The notes beneath the pieces are model-generated. The model did no database searches, had not been told where the DNA came from, and saw nothing but the letters and a program-made list of their open reading frames with translations. A stretch of DNA of 55,444 nucleotides from Phoronis australis. Lineage: Eukaryota > Animalia > Phoronida. The position numbers and the translations under genes are program-made. Positions 26,701 to 38,240 of the stretch are shown here, piece after piece (position 1 is the first letter of the stretch; every line of letters begins with the position of its first letter). The DNA lies in assembly GCA_002633005.1 (NCBI GenBank), contig NMRA01000004.1, positions 2,351,426 through 2,406,869 of the forward strand. Reading direction: 5' to 3'.

Positions 26701-27395
26701 GCAAATATTTTGGGCTATCATCTAAAATGCAGTCTATCATATTCCCTGTTCTGGCATTGAGATCGCCCACAATAGCCAACGAACAATCACTGAAACGACC
26801 AGTCAAGTTGGTAATCTCTCTATGCAACAATAATACACCGCTGTTCTCTGGTGAACCTGTGCCATTAAAATATGAACTTGAACCTTCAGGGGGTAAATAA
26901 ACAAAGAACATCAAAACATCCTGAACAACACCAAATAGTTACCTCTCACATTTCAAACAGATACCGAAGGAAAACTGTGAATGCATGCGTCTGAAATGTT
27001 TAGGAATTGACTGTTTAATGAAAATACTAACGCCTCCAGAGTATCTACCTTTTCTTTTTTTCTTATTATAACATAGATTAAACGAGTGATAGCCTGACAG
27101 CTCAAATTGAACTGAGCGTTTTGCCCATGTTTCACAGATGCAAATTATGTCGTAAGTAGATAAGTACATTTGGACTTCGTCCCTAACAATTTTATTTTCT
27201 AATCCTTGTGCATTCCAAGAAACCATTGAAAGTGTAGGGCCATGGCCTGACCGCTAGTAACCTGCTGCGCCATTCACTTCAGGTCCGTAAACACCAGTTA
27301 CCGGGGGTTGTCCAGAAACCATAACCATGGGCTTGTGCTCCATGACCTCATCTGATTCGACATTGTACACATAAACACGACCTTGACATATTAAT
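23703..27395 (-). mobile_element. 5'-truncated non-LTR retrotransposon (APE-RT-CCHC; RTE-X-like), inactive
   Basis: Probable ORF1 tail at ~27395-27254. APE motifs SWNAQGL, ICICETW, GDLNAR, VDY and SDHLP. RT motifs NYRGISLL, FVDFSKAFDRI, GTRQGCMISPLLF, LYAGD (YADD mutated) and YKYLG. C-terminal RLCELC...EDEYH...C. AATAAA plus A-rich tail at ~23703-23713. ORF2 is broken into six pieces. Confidence 0.93.
23771..25354 (-). pseudogene. Reverse transcriptase portion of LINE ORF2
   Basis: 527-aa open stretch with RT motifs; catalytic motif reads YAGD. Confidence 0.9.
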
Positions 27396-27712
27396 TTTTC
27401 AATACCAGTCAATGTCTGGTGGCTCAACAACATTTTTACCCTTGGCTGCTTTACCAAAGCCAGCTCTGTTATTCACTGCATCAGTCCAGTTGTGGAAAAA
27501 ACCGAGACATTCATCCAATAACCAGTTCAGTCGCTCATCATTAACACTTCTATATGCCTCCAAATCTGAGTTCTTAGCCCTAACACCTTCGTTTAAATTT
27601 TTAGTATTTAACAAGTCAAACATTTTATTAACAATTCGAATAAACTGGGCTGTTGCTGCTACTTCATTACCATAATAGAATTCTAAAGCATTTGCAACTG
27701 TACTGCTCATTA
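27396..27712 (-). pseudogene. P-element/THAP9-type transposase, middle fragment (block A)
   Basis: MSSTVANALEFY...ATAQFIRIVNKMFDLLN...DERLNWL...FFHNW. Joins 23700 once the LINE is removed; 5' part missing. Confidence 0.85.
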
Positions 27713-30193
27713 TAGTCCTAGATTACAACGAATCCACAGTTGTTGCCCGTTTATGTAACTTTACGGCGTTTTCCCGTTGATCCTAACTTAATTGTTCGAT
27801 TCTGCAGCCCAACAACAAAGTGGAAGTTTACCCCGGCGTCCTCCCATAACTAAAATTCAAAAAATATTTAAAGAAATCCACGTCCACACCAAGTACAGCG
27901 AGGACAGGAGGCGAGATCGTCCGATGTTGCGAAGCTGTCCGAGGGCTTCGCCCTCATTACTCTTCCACGTGAAGAAATCCTTGTAAACTGAAAGATTGTC
28001 ATTATTCATGAAATTTTTTTATTTCGCCTATAGTAGAGTGCTTATTCAGCTAAGCTGTGACAAAAGCCTTGTTCCGGCAACCGCGCATAAATTAGTTCCC
28101 TCCAAATTAGATCCCAGGAGAAATTTTTAGCAACAGTTTTATTTCTAAATGAATCCAAAACAAACATCGACACACTTGCAGTTACAAAAATAAAGAATTG
28201 TATTATGTTTTGTTAAGTTTGCTGAGGCTTCGGGCGAATAACAAACAAAAAATCATACGCGCTGTGCAGCCGCCCGAAGCGTGGTCAGGCCATTGTTTGT
28301 TACGGACGCAGAAAATTCGAAATTGTACGACTATTAATACTTTTTTCTCTCTAGCAAGCTGGTTGCCTCTCCCCAAGAAATATCTAATACATCTATACCA
28401 ATCTGGTTGCCTCTCGTTGGAAATATGCCTTCTTGGAAAGCTAACGGTATACTTATACTCAAACAGAATAAAGGTGGGCGAGTTAGATCAAAACATAAAA
28501 CCCACAAACTTCCTCCAAATGTACTCATAGTTCCAAAACAACTTCCCAGAACAAGATCATAAGATTCCACTTATGAACCTAAGCTTTCGCCAAATATGGT
28601 CAAGAACAGAAAAATCTTTAAGTAATTTCTGCTGAATAGTAACAAGACTATTGTTGTTGCCAGAACTGGCTAACCCCAAAGTTGACCAATTCCGGTGAAT
28701 TTAAAGTTACATAATTCTGCTAGCATAGCATAAACACGTGGTTAGAGACAACTATGCTGATTCATTTCCTATGCACTCATAGGAGTCAACAAATTTCAGT
28801 AAACAACTAATATCTTTAATCAATTTCGCAACAACCACTATATACTTAATTAATACTAATACTTCTCATGTAATATTATTCTCATGTACATAGTTAACCC
28901 AAATTCTAATGTGTTTGTATCATACTTTAATGATAAATAAATGACATGTTCATCCTAGTACATAAAATCTCCCCGTAACATACGTGTATAAAATATAACT
29001 GCGGGTCAGTTGATAAATATTGCCTTTGTTGTTGCTGTTGATAAGATCCATGACCTAGTTTCCTTGTTGCAACTGCTGGTATTCATGATTGATGACTTTG
29101 CCTATTTAAGCACTTTTAGTGACACGGATTTGTTACTACACAGAGTGAAGGACAACGACTTAAGATCCGATCGTCTTTATAATAATTATTTGATCAGTTC
29201 GCTCAAACTCTACACGCACGCCTCCCTATTTATTGTAGAGTCGCGATTTAAAGAAAAAGAAAATATCAAAATTGAAAATAAAAATTGTGAGATTCGCCTA
29301 CAATGCATATTGCACTAAATAGTCCAGTGGTACAAGAGTAGACTGTGGCGGGGATGCCGTTTACGCAAAACACTTTCAAAATCATCTATCTGGAAAACAA
29401 ACTACTGCACTTTGTCCAAAGTACAATAGACGTCATATGCCGAAGAAGTGAGTTATAATAATTATTTTATTAACCACTACATATTGTATGCCTCTGACAC
29501 ACAACTCAGCCACAGGCCTGACACAGTTTGTTAACTGAAAGTTCAATCATTAAATCGCGATCAGGCCCGGAGATCAGGAAAGGTACAACGTCGATGATAC
29601 TGGCTATACGTCAGTTTAAACGTAACGAATTAGTAACTTTACATTATATATCCCACACGTATGTGTATAACCCCGACCGAAATCTGTTAGTGAACCGTTG
29701 TACAATGTGCCATAGTACATGTAATCTCCTCATCATACGCTTACTTAACCCCCCCCGTATTTCCAGCTATCGGAGCGAAATATAAACAAAGCCAAGGAAT
29801 AGCACGGACGCGACTTAACTTCGGATTAACCGCGGTCAGACGAAGTCAGGACTGGGGCTAGCCTCGGTCCAACCGCGGTTTGGAACCCGTGTCCGGAAGC
29901 GGCCTAGCCGCGTTCGATAGGAAGAGACTTTCGATCAGTACTGTACCTATCTATACGAAACTAAACTAAACTATACATACTACATACGAAAAACTATACT
30001 CATTTGTCAGTCACATACACAACGTAAACTTGGGCCTAACACCAATGACAAGCAGGCCTCTCTTTGGGCGTCGCTTGGCTTGCTGTAATCATAGAACTGA
30101 AATACCTCCGAAATAATTTGTGGTCACAAAAATAGCCGAGGTGCTCAAAATGGTTAGCCTAAGTGTTACTGAGTGTGACTCAAAGGGGATTGA

Positions 30194-31504
30194 CTAATTA
30201 CATGTAATAGTTCCTGGCAAACACCAATCCTTGTCGATTGCAGGAATACCAATTCTTTCACAGAGATTAGAAAACCTATCAATGTCCTTTTTAGTGAATC
30301 GAATATCATACTGGCGTAGGGTTTCCATGCTAACGCTAGTTCCCTTTTGTGAGTCTTCGCTCAAGGCGGACGGTGCCCTCACGGCGAACACATCCGGCAG
30401 ACGACAATGTCTTGCTATGGCTTTACACGCAAATTCGGTGTTACCCACCAAGTCTTCGTAACGTAGTCCAGCAATGTCAAGCACTGATTGTAGTCGCATA
30501 TATTCCTCGCATAGACGAAACGTTTTTAATAACAGTATTTCGTCCAATGGCAAGTTGTATTTGGCTTCATCTTCCTTTTTGATCCACAAATACGATTCTT
30601 GACTTATTTCCGCCAGACGATCTCGTATACGTTTGCCAAGATTAGGACATATTCTTTCGGTTATTTTCGACTCTTTAAATCGATGAATAAGATAATTGGC
30701 ATTGATATGCATCTTCATCTGAGATGTGACAGCCTTGACGACATTGGCGCGATACAAAAACATAAATCGAACACTGGGCAAGGCTGCACAAATGTGCTCG
30801 TAAAATGACGACCCGGGCGAAAATTTCACAAAATAAAGTGACGCTTTCACTTTGCGCGATTTGCAAATCATTCTTATCGAGCTTTTCACTAACACTTTTG
30901 CGTCTGAGTTCTTTAGGAATTTATTCAGCCACATATCCCAGATGTTGACAAAAACATAAGGTTCGTTGCAGCAGACTGCCCCTGTAATTTTCTCCATCAT
31001 TTGTGTCAATAAAGTTGAACCGCATCGGCCTAAACTTTCTAAACCAATAACTGGAGACTTCGGGTCACCAAGGGTGTCGGCCAGGCGATTGAAATGGTTG
31101 AGTGGCACAAGGAGCATCTGTTTTGCTGCAGAGAACTGAGCTAAATGGAAGAAGGGATCGACTCGAGAACAGAAGACATCAATTCCAGGAAGGGTGCGGA
31201 CGAAAATCGCTTCATCCGCCGTGACTGTGTATAAAGATACATTATCTTCAAGGATGCAATCCGGATGATCAAAATGACTGTGTGAAGAAATAAAATGTCG
31301 TTTGGTTGGCCCAGCGAGGGATGTGTTGTAACATCTGAAATGGATGTTGAGAACTTGAACTGATGTTTCATACTTTCGGCGACTTTCTCGTAGACGTTTC
31401 TGTAGTCCGCATAATTTCCAATACAGTCGCTGAAGGATTGTATAAACTTCATAAACGACAAGAAAACTCAGGAATACCCAAAGTGGCGAATCCGGTGCTG
31501 TCAT
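30194..31504 (-). CDS. Sulfotransferase-like P-loop protein, copy B (436 aa)
   Basis: Eight amino-acid differences from copy A by manual count; GRCGST and NEP intact. Confidence 0.85.
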   Translation of the reverse strand: MTAPDSPLWVFLSFLVVYEVYTILQRLYWKLCGLQKRLRESRRKYETSVQVLNIHFRCYNTSLAGPTKRHFISSHSHFDHPDCILEDNVSLYTVTADEAIFVRTLPGIDVFCSRVDPFFHLAQFSAAKQMLLVPLNHFNRLADTLGDPKSPVIGLESLGRCGSTLLTQMMEKITGAVCCNEPYVFVNIWDMWLNKFLKNSDAKVLVKSSIRMICKSRKVKASLYFVKFSPGSSFYEHICAALPSVRFMFLYRANVVKAVTSQMKMHINANYLIHRFKESKITERICPNLGKRIRDRLAEISQESYLWIKKEDEAKYNLPLDEILLLKTFRLCEEYMRLQSVLDIAGLRYEDLVGNTEFACKAIARHCRLPDVFAVRAPSALSEDSQKGTSVSMETLRQYDIRFTKKDIDRFSNLCERIGIPAIDKDWCLPGTITCN

Positions 31505-32414
31505 CCTTTCGATAGTTATAGCTCTGACTGAGTTGGTAACTGTTGTGGCCGGAGGTTTATGTTACCTCATGTAATAAACGTATGGACGCTCCAACCTAGC
31601 CGTGGGACAAGGCTTACAACACAGCAAGCGCTATAGAATACTATTGTATACCGCAAATATTTTGCAAATAGGCTTACAACCTGGTATGGGAGTAATGTGA
31701 ACGGGAGAAGCAACGCAGCGAATCCTTTTGACCCATGATTGCCTCGCGCATTCCATTCCACAGCTCAGTGCTTCGTAACAATAGGGATGGACGATGAAAG
31801 GCTTGCGCATAGTCACTGATTCAGGCATGCGCAGTATACGAGTAGGTCCGTTGAAGGTTTGGGTTAGAGATTAAACACGCATGCGCATAAAAGTCTTTCT
31901 GCCCTTTAATACCAATACTGGCAATATTCCCCAATATTGTGATTGTTCGCCGCTGTTTTTTCTTAACTTTCTGGTTGATAAAGCAATGTTGGCTTCAAAA
32001 TCATTTTGTATTTAACCAATAAAGACTCTTAAAAGCACTTAATAGCGTTCCTTTGAAATGTCACTTTTCTCTTTTAGTTTAATTTGCGTTTGGGCTGGAG
32101 TGCCCCTGTTTCGATACGTTTTATCAAGTTTGGCTTCATTGGCCGATAATATAACTAGTAGCACTCTTTGTTGAGTCAAATATACCATGATGTTTCGCCA
32201 CAAGGGTGCTCGTTTGACTATTTTGTCGTGCGACGACATGTAGTCATCATTATGTTTTTAAGTGGTTAACATGTGTGAGCACAGAAGCAGAACCTCTGAT
32301 CTGAATACGGTGCTCGTGATTCCAGGCTCGTGTTTTCTAATAGGTTGGCGCTTCTTGTATGACTTGTTCAGCGTGTCTCAAAAAATGTATCTTTCAAGAA
32401 TTACGCTTACTTTC

Positions 32415-33833
32415 ATGTCAAAATGCAGAGAAATGAAGAGTTCGTCAACTGGAGTAATATAGATCAGTTATTAGTTGACTACACTAAGGATGATAATTGC
32501 GATACATGTTCAAGTTCAGCATCAGAGGGAGAATGCGGAGTAGACGAAAGCGAGCGACCACCTAAGACTGCTGTTGAGAAAACTTCGAGCCCCAGCTTTC
32601 AGTGTCCCCTGTGTCCCAAAACTTACTGTTCTGTTAGTGGTTTTTGCGGATCGACACGTCGTGAAAAAACATGAAAGACCAGACTTGAAAGGTGAGTAAC
32701 CATTCAACAATGGTTTATTTTGTTTGTTAAGTAATGTGTTGATCTTGATTACGAAAGTAATAAAATTGCCTCTAGACTGGTATTCAAATTGTTAAGTTGG
32801 CTACTGATATTTTCTGAAGATTCGTCTTTAGTTTCTAACTTCCGACTGTAATCTTTTTCAGCTCACAAGAGCATGGTACACCTTGAAAAGGAAAATACAA
32901 CGCCTGAGCATTCGGGCGATCAACCAAGAAATCACTTTCTTTCAATCGCCATCGACACTTTACCCAGCACACTAAAACGAATCACTATTTGCCCATTCAG
33001 AAATTCTGCAGCATCTAGTCATTGGAAAAAGGTTGTGGCGTTAGCGGAAGTTTTTAGAGAGTCAGGAGTTGACTGCAGTTTCATATGTAAAAAATATGCA
33101 AATATCTTGGCACTTCGTCATCGCAGGACTTTGACAGATTGATGACGGCATTCCATCGTCTACGAACAGATGAAGGTGTTTTAATTTTTTTCCAAAGCCA
33201 CCTTCCAGAAGACAATGACTTTATATGTCAATTTGTTCAGGTATTTCTTCTTCAGTTTTTTGAAGATGTCGTAGTAGCAATCAAAGACAGAATGCGCAAA
33301 CAGAGTGAAGAAATAGTGAAGGAGTTTACAGATGATGACAACTCCACTCTAGCCTACATTGCAGGGTACTTGTTGAGAGTTGCTCCCAATAAGTAGCCAA
33401 AACACTTAGCTAGTGAAATGAAAATCCTCTGTGAATCGTGCGAATGTCACCGTGACAATGTGGATAAAACTTCCTCATGGATATCCAAAGTGTCTCGTGG
33501 AAATCTGAAGGTTCCGTCACCAGACTTTTTGTCGCTCGTTCAGCATTATGAATCAATTCTGTTGTGAGGAAAACTGTTGACATTAGCCAACTGAGGAGGA
33601 CGTCAATGGACAAGCCTGGACTGACTGAAAACATTTTTTGCGACTATGCCGTAAAAAGTATATGAGAGAATACTGGCAAGCCAGTTATTTTGAATGAAAT
33701 ACTGGTCAAGATATTTTTGACAGTTAGAGGCTTTGCCGTTTCAAAACTTTTAAAGAATGGGATAAAACGTTTGTCAGAGTTGGAAGGTGGACAGTCATTC
33801 AGAAAATCACTGAAGCAACTGTGTAACAATTAG
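32415..33833 (+). pseudogene. Decayed C2H2 zinc-finger / P-transposase C-terminal-like gene, copy B
   Basis: As copy A. Canonical GT-AG intron 32692-32861 joins KHERPDLK-AHKSMVHLEK in frame. Ends IFLTVRGFAVSKLLK...SFRKSLKQLCNN*. Confidence 0.7.
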
Positions 33834-35005
33834 GACTATAACATTACTTCCAGGTAACAGTAAAAATGCTCGTGACTGACTTACAAGTGACAAAGACACT
33901 TTTAAAATCTGTGAGTACGACAAAGTGTTACTAGTCTATTTCTGTCAGACATGGCCGAATGCTTTAGCTGTTTATTTACTTTTGTATCCTTTGAAAACTG
34001 TTCAAGTGTAAGTAATAAATTAATGTAAAACGTTGTTTTGCAGTTTTTTAATTATGAAACAAAAGGTTTGTGATGTCATGATTGGTTTGCACTCCTGCAC
34101 GAGAATTAACTACACTGTACTCTTCCAGAATTTAGACTCTCGTTGATGTAAATTTTGCAACATGTGATGAACAATCATAACACCACGTACTTTGTCGTTT
34201 CATACACTATATTTAAAGTAGAGACGTGCTCCACTTGTACTCGGGCGTTGCAGTTGAACACTGTTTTAACGAACGCACTCATGCTTGAACTCTTCGGCTA
34301 CAATGCTACCAACTTTGTGTTCTATTGATATCAGCACCCACAAAACCGGATTTTATTAAAACGACTATTTCATACAAATTCCACTGGACACTGAACGAAA
34401 TAGAAACGTCAAAAACATCTGACCCTGATACTCATTTACTGAATTTATGTAGTTGTTTCGACTGTGCAGAACCCTTTTTAAACAAAAAGTCTAATTAAGA
34501 TATTCACTTGTCCAATGATATATCCCCAACACAAACCCAAGTCTTCCTTTAGTCGCCTGGCTTTGGTCGCACTGAAGCACAAGTCGAAATTGGGTTGAAA
34601 ATTAAACAATAACTGCGCTGCATATACGATAAAAAATCAGAAAAATTGGAATAGAGAATAATGTTATTATCTGACATGTGGCGGGTATGAAAAACTAACA
34701 ATTCTACATTATACTTTATCAGCAAGCTGCTCTACAACAACTCAAATATATACACTACATAAATATCATAACCAACACCAGAGTAACCACTGACAGCTTC
34801 TTCTACATTCTTAGTGTTCATTATGGTGGTGAACTGCAATGATTATCTGACTTCAGAGCCCTATATCCTCACACTTTATACCACAATATTAGCGTCAAAT
34901 GGCAGATAAAACCGTTTATACCACAATATTAGCGTCAAATAGCAGATACAACCGTGTAATAACCCATAAAGTTATCTCACTAGTGAGATAACAATTTGGC
35001 GGGAA

Positions 35006-35077
35006 ACCGAGGACGGGGTCGAACCCGGAACCCTAATATTGCTAGTCGCCGACTTTAGCCACTACACCACGCAGCGA
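35006..35077 (-). promoter_or_regulatory. tRNA-like Pol III head (A and B boxes), unit 1
   Basis: Minus strand TGGTGTAGTGG (A box) ... GGTTCGACCCC (B box) at tRNA spacing; stems degenerate. Confidence 0.65.
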
Positions 35078-35832
35078 CTGACGTCATCAAGTGTGAAAAT
35101 AGAATACTTAATGAGCACGCGCAATAATCGCACGTTCAACAAACCGCATTGTACTGTACTTATACGCTCCGAAAAATAAGACACATAATTTCCATAAAAA
35201 TGATATTTTAATTCAGTGAAATTTTTCTCTCATGTCCTCTTACTTGTAAATCACCGATCTCCAGTTTGAATGCAGGTATCGTGTTGTCAGGATCTTTGAC
35301 TTGAGAATTATATTCAGTTATCAGTGGTAACCTAATTTGGCAGACGATAATTTCCCGATCGAAGCTTAGCGTGTAAAAAACGTGTTCTAAGCTATAATGG
35401 TTGCTTAACCTTAATTTAGAGATTCACTTCATTTCTATTTTGTTTAAATTTCCAATTGGTTTTGAATATAAGTATTATTTGACAAAAATTGCTCGGCTTT
35501 TTTTAAAAGGTCACGACCTCTGACCCCGGGCCTCTGACGTAGAAAGTAGTTACAAAGCCGAGGCGAGTCGAGAAAGGTAGATCGATTCATTGCTTCTCGT
35601 TTAGTTAGTGGTATAAATAGATTATTACATGTTCTCAGTCGTTATCCCCCTTATCTAGAGCCCTCGTGGATTTTGTAGAATTATCACCCTCGGGGCTAAC
35701 GCCCCTCGGGCGATAATTCTCCAAAATCCACTCGGGCTCTAGATAACGGGGGATAACGACTTCGCCATGTAATAATCTATATGTAATAACCCATAAAGTT
35801 ATCTCACTAGTGAGATAACGATTTGGCGGGAA

Positions 35833-35902
35833 ACCGAGGACGGAGTCGAACCCGGGACCTTGATATTGCTGATCGCAGACTTTAACCACTACACCACGCA
35901 GC
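35833..35902 (-). promoter_or_regulatory. tRNA-like Pol III head (A and B boxes), unit 2
   Basis: Minus strand TGGTGTAGTGGTTAA ... GGTTCGACTCC. Confidence 0.7.
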
Positions 35903-36626
35903 GACTGACGTCATCAAGAGTGAAAGTAGAATACTTAAATGAGCACGCGCAATGATCGCACGTTCAACAAACCGCATTGTACTGTACTTGTACGCTACGA
36001 AAAATAAGACACATAATTTCCATAAAAATGATATCTTAATTCAGTGAAATTTTTCTCTCATGTCCTCTTACTTGTAAATCACCGATCTCCAGTTTGAATG
36101 CGGGTATCGTGTCGTCAGGATCTTTGACTTGAGAATTATATTCAGTTACCAGTGGTAACCTACTTTAGCAGACGATAATTTCCCGGTCGAAGCTTAGCGT
36201 GTAAAAAACGTGTTTTAAGCTATAATAGTTGCTTAACCTGAATTTAGAGATTCACTTCATTTCTATTTTGTTTTAATTTCCAATTGGTTTTGAGTATAAG
36301 CATTATTTGAGAAAAATAGCTCGGCTTTTCTTTAAAGGTCACGACCTCCGACCCCGGGCCTCTGACATAGAAAGTAGTTACAAAGCCGAGGCGAGTCGAG
36401 AAAGGTAAATCGATTCATTGCAATGTTTCTCGTTTAGTATGTGGTATAAATAGATTATTACATGTTCTCAGTCGTTATCCCCCTTATCTAGAGCCCTCGT
36501 GGATTTTGTAGAATTATCCCCCTCGGGTCTGACGCCCCTCGGGCGATAATTCTCCAAAATCCACTCGGGCTCTAGATAACGGGGGATAACGACTTCGCCA
36601 TGTAATAATCTATATTTATGTCACAC

Positions 36627-37060
36627 TCAGCGTCTTCTTGGAAGTGGAGTGTTTGTTGTCTATTTGCCTAACAACATCAGCTCTATTACCAATATTCCCA
36701 CGAATACTATCCACAGCCAAGCTTCCAACAGTGCGCAACTGAATCAGTGATTGTTGAACTTGCTACACAGTAGGATTGTCATTGGCACCACCCTTGTGTC
36801 TATAATGACCAAAATGTTGTTCTAAAGGGTCCTGGTTAAAAGAAGAAGTTAAGACAAATGGCGCACCCTGTTCTAACAGAAACCCAATCAATTCAACCAC
36901 TGACCTCACAGTTATTTCAATACCAGTCAATGTCTGGTGGCTCAACAACATTTTTGCCTTGGCTGCTTTACCAAAGCCAGCTCTGTTATTCACTGCATCA
37001 GTCCAGTTGTGGAAAAAACCGAGACATTCATCCAATAACCAGTTCAGTCGCTCATCATTA
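36627..37060 (-). pseudogene. P-element/THAP9-type transposase 3' fragment (block B)
   Basis: DERLNWL...MLLSHQTLTGIEITVRSVVELIGFLLEQGAPFVLTSSFNQDPLEQHFGHYRHKGGANDNPTV*...LRTVGSLA...RGN, then PLPRRR* after a frameshift. Confidence 0.88.
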
Positions 37061-37879
37061 TGAATCATTGAATTTGTGATTTTGGCATTCTTTTGGCATT
37101 TTTGTCGCCAAATCACCACTCGAAGGCAATTTGAAGAGATCAAATGAAAGGAAGTATTCTAAGAGTTGTTCGATGCTAGTTTCGTGGAGTTCTATGCACA
37201 TTTGAGTAGAAAATTTTGAGGAAATAGATTTCGAGTGTCCAACCTTTATGTTTTCTTATATATATTATTGAGTGGCGTCATTTGCGATCGAGGAACAGAT
37301 AAACCCAAGCGCCTGTGTCTTTCACATATGGCACATCACATTTACAAAATACCGCGAAAAACGAGTGATGAGGCTGGATCTCGCGAGATCATATCGGTTC
37401 GTATCCGCGCCAAATAAACCGCTGAAAAACGTTTCGTCATTGTTGTAATTTGGATGAGTTTTGTAGCAGTTAGGACTAAGTTCTTAAAAATGGTAATTAT
37501 AATCCTTGTAGATGAGAAAATCCGTATTTGTCGACTCGTTTATGTATCAAAATAAAGACTTATCTCCCTTGTCATGCATACTCGGGGAATTCCCTGCCAA
37601 CGGAATCCCCTAGTATAGAATCGCGATGAATGCGGACGATATTGGAGTACCTGTAGTAATAATTGAAGCAATTTTAAAACGAAAAACATCATTGAAACGG
37701 TTTAGTTATCACTAAGTGAACATAAAAGGTACACTATGCGATTAAAATAAAACTATCAGAAGAAGCACAGTTGACAGGTCAACTAATTGCGCTTTCGACG
37801 TTCCCACACTGAACTGCAATTTGTTTGCTTATTAGCCCTGTAGTTCACCAAACTTAAGTAGATCTTTGCTGTGCACTAA

Positions 37880-38100
37880 CAGTGGCGGATCTAGGATACC
37901 ATAAGGGGGGGGGGGCCAACATGCTGCCTCGGAGAATTGGGCAAAGCGCGATTGTATGCACAGCCGCCCCGAAAGTTGCGGGGGCCGGCGATGTGACTGA
38001 CCTGGTGTTCCCCCCCAAAAACGGCAACAGAGTCGGAAATACACATCTTAACATAAGATTTTCGTGGGTGATTTTACTGTCAAAATTGCCTTTTAATTTT
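37880..38100 (+). mobile_element. CAGTGGCGGATC-type (hAT-like) element, left end
   Basis: CAGTGGCGGATCTAGGATACCATAAG-(G)n-CCAACAT matches 132-171 in reverse; right boundary uncertain. Confidence 0.55.
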
Positions 38101-38240
38101 TGATTTTTGATAGAGTAACACCATCAGTGACAGTGTTATCAAAGCAAAAATGTGCAGAGAACATCATGTAGGCATCCATTCTTAACCTTAACTATATATA
38201 GGAAATCCAAAATCTATAACATTTTAAATGTTTATGTAAA

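Larger units (their letters stand above)
16816..27543 (+). repeat. Duplicated block, copy A
   Basis: Collinear and highly similar to 28346-37060 apart from private insertions. Confidence 0.95.
34880..36614. mobile_element. Dimeric non-autonomous hairpin element (Crypton-like or Helentron-like)
   Basis: Absent from block A (empty site CACTTTATGTCAC); TTTAT on both sides. A 2 x 40-bp leader is followed by two ~827-bp units (34955-35781, 35782-36614), each ending in a ~165-bp hairpin ATAGATTATTACATG...CATGTAATAATCTAT. Confidence 0.85.
28346..37060 (+). repeat. Duplicated block, copy B
   Basis: Collinear with 16816-27543. Confidence 0.95.

Noticed and set aside
16816-27712. Sulfotransferase-like gene as cargo inside the P-like transposon
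   Set aside because: No TIR or TSD pair encloses both, the candidate terminus lies between them, and copy C has no adjacent P-like sequence.
35006-35902. Functional tRNA genes
   Set aside because: Acceptor and anticodon stems pair poorly and the sequences sit inside a mobile insertion; kept only as tRNA-like heads.
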